Assembly: GCA_032718475.1 (NCBI GenBank)
Contig: JAUCBJ010007445.1
Coordinates: forward strand, 1-46,130
From: Nemertoderma westbladi
Taxonomy: Eukaryota; Animalia; Xenacoelomorpha
Direction: 5' to 3'
Length of the DNA stretch: 46,130 nt
Part shown: piece after piece, positions 35,401-43,457 of the stretch
Numbering within the stretch: the stretch's first letter is position 1
Layout of the letters: every line of letters starts with the position of its first letter
Notes under the pieces: generated by a model
The model's input: only the letters and a program-made list of their open reading frames with translations
What the model was told of the DNA's origin: nothing
Database searches by the model: none
Position numbers and translations under genes: made by a program

Positions 35401-36601
35401 GAACAACAGGCCTAATTATTTCAGGTTCATCGACTATAGTAGGGAGTCTTTTGACCTGGATAAATTGTTCTATGGGTTCTGCACTACCTAAGTCTGTGCT
35501 AGTTAGCTGTCTTTTAACAGCTGGGGGCAAATCAGGCAATTTGCGACGGTAAGATGTTTTTCTACGCCTACTTAGATGAGATCTATTTCCTCCGCCTTCA
35601 GGATCGGTGGTCTCGCCTTCCTCCGAGGATGTGTATCCCTGGCGCTTGGGAGTAGATTTTCTCATCATCTGCATTTGATTAGCAGTAAACTGTTTATTTA
35701 TACTGTCTTGTGTCTCTTGCAGATTTTCCAACTCCAGTTGGGTAGTCTGCTCAGAGGCTTTCCGTTCTGCTTCTGCCACTGCCTTTGCTGCTTTTGCATC
35801 AGCCGCCGCTGCCTTTCTTTCTACTTCTGCTTCTGCCATAGCCGCCGCCTTTTGTTCCTCTATCCGTCTTTTCTTTATTTGTTCTTCTCGGACTCTAATG
35901 AGGCGGAGTTTTTCATCACATTCAGCTTGGTTTGCAGCTAACATTTCGGCATCGATTGAGTCCAACACAAGCTTGGTTCCTTCACTATTAGGGGAAAGTC
36001 CAGACAGCCGTCTCCTCAACTCTTCGTCTCCTAGGAATCGCTGATAGTCGGACAAATAAATGTCGATAGCGTCTCTAGTTCGCGGCTTCTCTGCTGATGT
36101 TAATTCGCTTTCCACTTCGCTTTCCACCTCGCTTTCCACTTCGCTTTCCACCTCACTTTCCACTTCGCTTTCCACCTCACTTTCCACTTGAGAAGAAGTG
36201 GCGTCGGTTGATTCTTCATAGGTTGGCCGCTCATCATAAACCGTATCCGCCATCTTCGCTCCGCGTTCGGGCGTCCGCTCAACAGTATCCGAACTACTGG
36301 AGATATCGGGCCGCTGAGAACTAGGTTCTTGGCTAGGAGGTTGCTGCTGTTTTATAGCTTCTTCTTGATCCCGCTTGACTTGGGCCCGAGTGCCTATGGC
36401 AGACCAACGGAGCTTCACTAACTTCGCAAATTGCGAAATCTTTTCTACCAACCTAGGTTCTGACACAACCACTGCAGGGGTTGCCCTTCTTACAGTATGA
36501 GGGGTTTCAGACCTCGGTCTGGGATTCTCTACACTTTGATCTGAGAAACAGGCTGTTGTTTCTAGGAGACTATCTGACAGAGTTTGCCTTGTGTCAGCCA
36601 T
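32471..36601 (-). CDS. BEL/Pao Gag-protease fused in frame to an RNase H C-terminal remnant
   Basis: KFNGDEMKWLPF (DUF1759-like), triple knuckle CALCDGPHRLSAC / CYNCLRSGHQWRTC / CAKCGAKHHILLH, protease ALLDSGS, ILIGQN, TRVGW, then WRHCLGTINPADIASRG..W..G..FL....WP. Contains a 12-bp (ESEV)n repeat at ~36105-36187. Confidence 0.92.
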   Translation of the reverse strand: MADTRQTLSDSLLETTACFSDQSVENPRPRSETPHTVRRATPAVVVSEPRLVEKISQFAKLVKLRWSAIGTRAQVKRDQEEAIKQQQPPSQEPSSQRPDISSSSDTVERTPERGAKMADTVYDERPTYEESTDATSSQVESEVESEVESEVESEVESEVESEVESELTSAEKPRTRDAIDIYLSDYQRFLGDEELRRRLSGLSPNSEGTKLVLDSIDAEMLAANQAECDEKLRLIRVREEQIKKRRIEEQKAAAMAEAEVERKAAAADAKAAKAVAEAERKASEQTTQLELENLQETQDSINKQFTANQMQMMRKSTPKRQGYTSSEEGETTDPEGGGNRSHLSRRRKTSYRRKLPDLPPAVKRQLTSTDLGSAEPIEQFIQVKRLPTIVDEPEIIRPVVPKVTSVLETPALPELNSKFPLHSTTLPVPGGTVQENTPVQIAEREINNLSPVVPRQPATMLATPASAVEWVEEGRRGMNLLLGQMQETVHQLKGTVREGRAELQEVQQSIALERDKLVNIQKGIPIPPVTLCQPVRSEVLHAQGVEPTRIYTASEVETPIANPIKGDYRPVINDIPYRPDNDPRNLYTDNSILNNTMAQESFTRQMARTEARQAVKVGEIVKFNGDEMKWLPFNEYYKDSIQNSVLSNGEKLRFLIKCLEGPPKLMALKFIGHPDGLRQVWDTLNIRYGNKDNIAKYLYAKLVAPRHFLSSGIIEFSDEIQEICRQLDWLGKSHEYQSSMVIGAVVSTLPKGGVCTRWDKKVLYMNEQQRRSPNMADLMSFLDSEVKLQLIRQSREKTSENKVSEKPVSRRRIIPVCYTDDGESQASQEEDSGKDTAKSYYDNKTYKDVSKYKSRTSDRREQVITIPPTSPKRIHGRKPEERTRVQNVNQVKVSNIKPKCALCDGPHRLSACAEFLKKSLVDRRTVLWNKRLCYNCLRSGHQWRTCYSDIKCAKCGAKHHILLHSEFERDKLSQVSEPELHVQFSDVNDTDQESEMEGFYTDEFSDANESCYLINTAVYRALTYEKDTNNEFPPTTFAKQPSWKAPTSNVGIREFPVVQVRVHGLNKSYIVNALLDSGSTGTFIDQELAEDIFAGQPKFWTKLNMSGIMQVWKSTLTADYYVGALSTPQDKLGAQSIRSVKMVAIKNFATTQADLYNWDEDESIQHLKIPRFQTDSPGVQILIGQNAHEALETLEKRPAQPQPLQTYAVRTRVGWYFTGPSRRTLKERLPQQQVYQVKEWEVESSDVDDPTEGTPYSSDNDDINSNVDQWRHCLGTINPADIASRGATPQELIDTPGWLGGSDFLSKEEEEWPPHLTTAEVRQAKGAEKVTQQLNRPASRLCLLERDRKLSGNYGRQDTLPTTTSLIRQISRDSIT

Positions 36602-36734
36602 GTTTGATTGTACAGTTGAATGCCTACTGCTATATTACAGTTAAAGCAAGTCTAGTAATTCAGTATCACTGTTAGCCTAGTAATTAATTACCGATACTGC
36701 TACTCAGTGTAGCGTGATATATATATAATATATT

Positions 36735-36980
36735 AGAATACCGGTATGCTTATAATATATATAAGTATTATTACAGACTAGATTTGTCACAGAGTACCGG
36801 TATATAATTTTAGCACAAATATATATAAATATATAATAGGCCTATCGTGGATACCGGTATACAGCCTACACTTATAGTATATAAGTATAATTCTGGACTA
36901 TAATTAATTACAGAGTACCGGTATGATTTCAGCACAAATTTATAGAAATAAATATAATAAGCCTATGGTAAATACCGGTA
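36735..36980. repeat. ~120-bp tandem duplication rich in TACCGGTA palindromes in the BEL leader
   Basis: TATATAAGTAT..GACTA..ACAGAGTACCGGTAT..AGCACAAAT..GCCTAT..TACCGGTAT occurs twice. Confidence 0.7.
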
Positions 36981-37363
36981 TGTCAATTATTTTAGAATAA
37001 TTGAATTTCTGAATATTTTAGGGTTACTTGGTTACTTTAACTTACTTTGTTACCGTTATTTAAGCAGTAGTCCAACTGATTTTGAGACCTAGTTGTTGTA
37101 TGGCAGGCCTACTATTTATAAATCGTTTGAGTTGATTTATAATATATATATACCCGTTTAAAAGGGTTTTGTCAATATTTGAAACAAATGTTATTATTTC
37201 TGGGGTTCACTACACAGAAGCTGTGCGCTCTCAGTGAAGTGCTATTTATTGGACACTAAAACTGATAATTCTAATTTACCTAAGTTACTTAATACTACAA
37301 ATTACTTACGATATGGGTGAGATTAAATCTCTTATTAAACACAACAAAAAATATTACGTACGA

Positions 37364-40178
37364 TGTGACGGGATCCAGGAGGGATCCCGATTTATCCGAT
37401 GTGGTATTTAGTCCACGCGTCCCCGCCGTGTATAAGAGTGAAATAAAGATAACTGAGTTCTGAAGTTCGGTGTATAATAATAGGTTATAGGATATAGATA
37501 TATTGTGAATTATACGGTAGGCGGGATACGGTAACTAAAGTCCCGTGATCCCCTAACTAAACTAATTGGCTGTACCCTACGCTAGCACTGCTGCACTGAG
37601 ATAACTGAATCACTGATTAATAGGTTATTGGTTATATTGCACGGTGGCCTTACTGCTACTCAATCGATGCCATCCCCCCCTCTGATTGGTTAATACCCTT
37701 GTTGGCGCCCCGTGGAGTATTCCCGTTCACTCCACCTGTTCTCCTTGGGTTAGGGGTTTGGCCCCTGACCCTCTATTGTGTGCCTCCTTCCCACTCTCAT
37801 TGGGATGGCACGAGTTGGTTAATTGCCCAATCTCGTGGCTCCCAATATTGCTTATCGGCTAATAACTTTATGGGGTGTTGGCAGGATTGAATAAGCTAAC
37901 ACTCCCCCCCATGCTATCTTCCCGGTAAGAAGATAGCATCAACCAAAAAGTGCGTTACAATCCCGCTGGATCCCGATCTAGTATCGGGTGTGGGGTGGAA
38001 TTCTTTTCTCTTGGAGCCGGCTTTCCAGGCCACCCCCTATGGGTATGATAACGCTACCCTGTGTGCCTGGCGTCTCATGTCGGGCCGATCGCGTTCACCT
38101 CTTCACGCGATTTTTGTTTCCCCAACACTTTCGCCCTTGACTCTACTCTCCTCTCACTCTACTCTCGGACTTCCTCGTCCCTCACTCAGCCTCTTATTCT
38201 CCCCCCCCACACTAGAATTGCGTTCGCACTCTCTCCGCACTTCGCACTCTTATTCCGATTCTCAACTCCACTTTGACTGTTTTATCTCTCTTGACGAACC
38301 TCCCCCCCCCTCTCGTGCCGTCGCACTCAAGAAGCGTGAAATTGTCAGTTGTCTCGTCCATAGTGCCATAGTCAATTGTCCCCCAGTCCCAGTAGCTAAT
38401 TGAGAAAGGTTGTATGACTATAGTACTTACTCCAAACGTATGTATTTTACTGCTAATCACTACGTACGTACATACAAATTGCACTTATATAGTTATTTGC
38501 ATTAATTAAATTTATACTTTCCGTTTCTATACCGTGTACTATACCGTTTCCCTCTCTAACCGCACTCTCCCTTCCTCTAGCCGTTCCTTCATTTCTCTAT
38601 GATCTTTCGCTGCCATGCTGAGGCGATATTCGGCACCTATTTCTCTCACCGCTCTTCCTTTCGCGGAGGATGTAACAGACTTATCGGTTACGACGGATTT
38701 CCCCCGCCTTCCCGACCTACTGATTTTCCCCCGCTTCTCGGAGCTTTCTCCGACCGACGAGGCCGAATCCTCGGGGTTAACCTCGGATTCGCCCCCTTCG
38801 GGTTCCCTCCAGCCTACTGGTTTTACTCCCCGGGCATCGACCAAGTATGGCCCTATGTACACTGACGCTACACTAGGTTCCATACTCCCACACTCCCATA
38901 GTTCAAACAGTTCCCCGGCAATCCCGTGTGCTCTCGTTTCGGCTAGTTCTTTTTGCCCAAAACGTATTAGGTAATTTATGTGTCTATCCGACTCACCTAG
39001 TCGCTTTCTCAGTCTCACCTCGTCTACCTTCGCCCCTTCCTTCTTGGCGTCCTTTATCATCCTTCGGGTCGCGTTGTAGGCCCGTCGAAGTCGCTCTGAA
39101 ACCCCGACGTCCTCGTCGCCGACCTCTCCTCCGTCCCTCCGGGTTCGACGTCGTACCGGCGGCTCCACCGTCGCCGTTCCGGTGGGCCGTCCGTCGCCCT
39201 CGGCCTGTAGCTGGCCGGCGACATCGGTACCGATCTCTTCTCCGTCTCTTCGTGTCCGGCGTCGCACCGTCGGCCCCACCGTCGCCGTTTCGGTGGGCCG
39301 CTCGTCGCCCTCGGCCGGTAGCTGGCCGGCGACATCGGCGCGCCGTTCTCCCTCTCGCGTCGACTCATCTCCCTCTCCCTCCGTCTCGCTCTCTCTCTCT
39401 CTTGGCTCGACTTCGGGTTCCAGGCCCTCCTCGTCCTGGACTTCCTGTTCGCCCATTATCGATGGCTCCGGCGTCGTGGGCCCGTATCGCTTGGTCGCGG
39501 CCTCGCGGATCGTTTGATCTTCGTCCGGGGTCCGCGTCGGTGTCTCGCCCGATTCACTCATCTCGTTTGTGACTGATGATTCGGCTAGCTAGGTTGTAGT
39601 TCTTAGAGTTTAACTAGGGCGGCAGCTCGGCTTTAGTTACTGTGACGGGATCCAGGAGGGATCCCGATTTATCCGATGTGGTATTTAGTCCACGCGTCCC
39701 CGCCGTGTATAAGAGTGAAATAAAGATAACTGAGTTCTGAAGTTCGGTGTATAATAATAGGTTATAGGATATAGATATATTGTGAATTATACGGTAGGCG
39801 GGATACGGTAACTAAAGTCCCGTGATCCCCTAACTAAACTAATTGGCTGTACCCTACGCTAGCACTGCTGCACTGAGATAACTGAATCACTGATTAATAG
39901 GTTATTGGTTATATTGCACGGTGGCCTTACTGCTACTCAATCGATGCCATCCCCCCCTCTGATTGGTTAATACCCTTGTTGGCGCCCCGTGGAGTATTCC
40001 CGTTCACTCCACCTGTTCTCCTTGGGTTAGGGGTTTGGCCCCTGACCCTCTATTGTGTGCCTCCTTCCCACTCTCATTGGGATGGCACGAGTTGGTTAAT
40101 TGCCCAATCTCGTGGCTCCCAATATTGCTTATCGGCTAATAACTTTATGGGGTGTTGGCGGGATTGAATAAGCTAACA
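37364..40178 (-). mobile_element. Small non-autonomous LTR retrotransposon (2815 bp, probably BEL/Pao-derived) nested in the BEL leader
   Basis: 538-bp TG...CA LTRs (37364-37901, 39641-40178; one A/G difference noticed), 5-bp TSD TACGA (37359-37363, 40179-40183) and polypurine tract G(n)AG at 37910-37902. Confidence 0.93.
38539..39561 (-). CDS. Truncated Gag-like protein of the small LTR element
   Basis: 340-aa charged ORF with a 37-aa internal duplication. VNPEDSASSVG + Ser-rich + coiled segment resembles BEL/Pao Gag N-termini. No pol motifs. Confidence 0.55.
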   Translation of the reverse strand: MSESGETPTRTPDEDQTIREAATKRYGPTTPEPSIMGEQEVQDEEGLEPEVEPRERESETEGEGDESTREGERRADVAGQLPAEGDERPTETATVGPTVRRRTRRDGEEIGTDVAGQLQAEGDGRPTGTATVEPPVRRRTRRDGGEVGDEDVGVSERLRRAYNATRRMIKDAKKEGAKVDEVRLRKRLGESDRHINYLIRFGQKELAETRAHGIAGELFELWECGSMEPSVASVYIGPYLVDARGVKPVGWREPEGGESEVNPEDSASSVGESSEKRGKISRSGRRGKSVVTDKSVTSSAKGRAVREIGAEYRLSMAAKDHREMKERLEEGRVRLERETV

Positions 40179-40769
40179 TACGAGATTTTTAGGGTAATTT
40201 TACAGGAAGTCTACAAACCAGCCTAACAAAGGGTTAGATTTCTGGTTATTACAACTGACAGAATACTACGGTATTTAAATAATAAGTAGTAGTAAATATA
40301 TTGCACTGTCCAGATAAGAAAATACCACCGCCTGACGACCTATAGCCGTATCTCTATAGGTACTACGTTATGTATCACGGAGTGTTCCTACCCAGAAGTT
40401 AATAGAGCTAACGAATGTGCCTATCAACCACTTTACAACACAAATATACTGCCTACACACTAATTACTTCGGAAAGCACTGTACACTAAACCCTAAATTA
40501 GGTACAAGTACTGGTATAACAAATAATCAGCAGTTAAATATACTTGAACAGTTAAAAGAACCACGGCATCTGCTGGAGTGACCGAAGCACAAAGTCACCA
40601 GTCTTTTCCTACGCCAAGCAGCCCGTGTAGTACCGGGGTTAATTTAACTATAACGGTATGTGTAACAAACACAATTACTGTAGGAATAAACTTGGGGACA
40701 TGAATGTTGCGAATAATCGCATAAACTCTGAATAATAAATATTACGCTACCCGTACAGAATACTCAAAC

Positions 40770-41300
40770 AAATACAAACCAAAACGCTGGCTGACTACCA
40801 CCAAGCCTAAATAAACTACCGTACGTGTAGATTCTGAAATAGTTAGTTAGTATGCGTTCTAACACGGTAGTACGACTTATTCTTTAAGAGGGGATTGACC
40901 TTACCGCTATGGCTGCCCCAACTTACTAACGGAGCTTTATCAGACAAACTCTACACACGCAGCAATCTCTTCAGACCTAATAATAGCTAGACAACAATCC
41001 AGCCTACAAAATATCTGAGTAATAACTATTACGGTACCTGAACAGACCACACAAACAAACACAGGCCAAAACGCTGGCAGACTACTATCAAGCCTAAATA
41101 AACTACAGTATATGCAGATTCTGAAATAGTTAGTTAGTATGCGTTCTAACACGGTAGTACGACTTATTCTTTAAGAGGGGATTGACCTTGCAGCATATGG
41201 CTGCCCCAACTTACTAACGGCACTCTATCAGACAAACTCTACACACGCCGTAATCTCTCCAAACCCAACAACAGTCAGACATCAGTTCAGCCTACAATTA
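40770..41300. repeat. ~290-bp tandem duplication in the BEL leader
   Basis: CAAAACGCTGGC..AGATTCTGAAATAGTTAGTTAGTATGCGTTCTAACACGGTAGTACGACTTATTCTTTAAGAGGGGATTGACCTT at ~40780 and ~41068. Confidence 0.9.
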
Positions 41301-41477
41301 TCTGAACAATCTGAGCAGACTTACACGTCTTCAGCTCAATATTTACTTACTAGGAAATAAAACCGACAGAAATAAGTAAAATCTCAATAAAAACCAGGGC
41401 GGCCGTTCCCTGATTAAATACTAAGACCTACCGGTATACTATAATCAAAATCGAATAATACTAATGTACTTATACTG

Positions 41478-41605
41478 GAAGTACCGGTTAGGGCAGTTGG
41501 GCCTACGGACCTACAGAAGTGCCGGTTCTGGCAGTTGGACCTACTGACCTACAGCAGTACCGGTTCTGGCAGTTGGGCCTACTGACCTACAGAAGTACCG
41601 GTTCA
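41478..41605. repeat. 38-bp tandem repeat, ~3 copies, near the 5' LTR
   Basis: GGCAGTTGG(G/A)CCTAC(G/T)GACCTACAG(A/C)AGT(G/A)CCGGTTC occurs three times. Confidence 0.85.
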
Positions 41606-41669
41606 GGTTTACCGGTCGATCGGTACTTTCAACTTTATTGCTTACTGCAATAAAGTCAATGACTGTTAT

Positions 41670-42925
41670 TGTACGCGCTTTTGAAGACCTTTAGCAGTTT
41701 AACCTGCCAAAATTTATATGTCTTTTGATTTATAAATATACTTTAGAAGATGACAAATATTCAATACCAATAAACAAAACATTAGCAGAAGCCAGCCTAG
41801 TGCGCGTCCATTCACCCGCTGGATAATCCCGGGAGGCTGGATTCTGTCGGCTTAGATTATTATTGCAGTGAAGCTTACGGTATTGTATTATTCGATTGAT
41901 CGTTAATAATTAATTTCTGACTAATATTATTCACTTTCGGGAAATATTAACAGTTCCTTTTAGGACGTGGCGCTCTATCTAAGTAAACAGAGATATGACT
42001 TATACTAATCACAACGGTAAGTCGGTAAGGCTTATGATTCACGTATGAGGCGCATTCTTTAGGAAATGCTTAGTTATCAGCCACAATCATGCACACTACC
42101 GGTAACGCACAATACTGCTCACTAATTTGCCGACCGTCAATGAATTTTATCATATATAAAGAGAATAGCAACGGACTCATGTAGGGCTTATCAAATAGCA
42201 TTAAATTCAATACACACCACAATAATATAAGTCGCAATCGCTATATATATAACCCGCCTCTCTAACCTGTAGTGTATCAAGAAAATTGGGAAATTTGGGT
42301 TCTTTATAAATGTTCTCCAAATAATATTCAATCCACTGATATAAGATATGACAACAGTACAACATTAAGACGGTAGGTTAAGATATGATATGCACTGATA
42401 TGGACCGATATGTGAGTTGTTATGAACCGTGAATTGATAACAGTCATACGCTCTATAATCTTAAGCCTACTAATGTTTCTTTCTAGAGCCGTTGTTTCTG
42501 GCTTAGACAGCAATAACAACAAAGTATCAAGTAAAAACAGTAAGACTGAACACTCTCCTTATGATCGACCGAAAAGCTACACGTCGACAGGAAAAATCGC
42601 TCTGATTGGTTCAAGCCAAACAAAGAACCATGCGTCCAATGGCTGTTTCCATGTCAGCAACCAGCTGTTAGATGTCGTAATATGAATCATCACGGCTAAG
42701 CTATGAAAGGTATTTGTCGCATTGCAGGTTTTTTGTCTTACCATGTCCGCTAAAACACGTATATAGCAGAATGACTTTTATGTCCGTTAAAACACCTGTA
42801 ACGGTACCTTGAGGGCGAGGGGAATATATATACAGTTAGAGAACCTTTTTAGAGTATTCCAGCGCCTGGGGGGAAACTGGATTGCGAAGCAAAGGGGCCA
42901 GTTATATCCCACAGAAGCTTTTACA
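41670..42925 (-). repeat. 5' LTR of the BEL/Pao element
   Basis: Direct repeat of 28059-29314 with TG...CA ends. Confidence 0.95.
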
Positions 42926-43133
42926 CTTAGGGTTTTAAGCGCAACCAAGTTTTTTTTATTGTTAACTAGTATTAACTAATATTAAATAGCGGAAAATTTT
43001 TTTTTTCTGACCTGTCATGTAGAATAGCATCTTAGGCACCTATATGCCAAATTATAGCCAAAACCAAACAATTTTGAGACGCTGAGAGTGATAAATCGAA
43101 GAGTTGTCCGAAAATGGTGTACCCCCCCCTTAA

Positions 43134-43457
43134 CCAATATGTAGACAGCTATCATTATGTTGCATTCTACCTAACCATGCGCTTTAAGTAGATACCTCAT
43201 AATCCTATGTAACCTACATAATCCAATTATACCATTCAGTATGTAGACACATGACCACTCCTGGGATTTCCCTATCAATTTCTCCCAACCTTATAACCCA
43301 ACCTGCAACCCTATATTTGTACTTTAGATTGACAGCTTACAACTAACTGGGTGTATTTTCCCTATCACAATTACCTTACGTTATACAGTACATACATACA
43401 CGTTAACCTTTCTGGGATTAACCTATCAGGTATTCCCCTTTAAAACTTATATATATA
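43134..43457 (+). repeat. Inverted partial pLTR of the Penelope element (continues from 27524-27535 across the TTAA site)
   Basis: Reverse complement of ~23450-23772 with about four mismatches noticed. CCATCACC-TTAA-CCAATATG reconstitutes the reverse complement of 23765-23784. Confidence 0.9.

Larger units (their letters stand above)
28059..42925 (-). mobile_element. BEL/Pao LTR retrotransposon, internally deleted (no RT, no integrase)
   Basis: 1256-bp TG...CA LTRs, 5-bp TSD CTTAG (28054-28058, 42926-42930), purine tract GGGAGCGG at 29322-29315 and a BEL-type gag-protease ORF. Confidence 0.93.
27536..43129. mobile_element. Kolobok-like non-autonomous DNA transposon (~720 bp own sequence: 27536-28058 and 42931-43129), split by LTR element
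   Basis: TTAA at 27532-27535 and 43130-43133. TIR is G(n)TACACCATTTT / AAAATGGTGTAC(n). Purine termini with TTAA fit Kolobok better than piggyBac. Confidence 0.8.

Noticed and set aside
28059-42925. Segmental duplication or assembly error as the cause of the 1256-bp and 538-bp direct repeats
   Set aside because: TG...CA ends, 5-bp TSDs, polypurine tracts and single substitutions identify them as LTR pairs.
27536-43129. piggyBac assignment, or a single 15.6-kb giant transposon with cargo
   Set aside because: The termini are G-rich rather than CC(C/T), and the internal 14.9 kb is a later LTR insertion with its own TSD.
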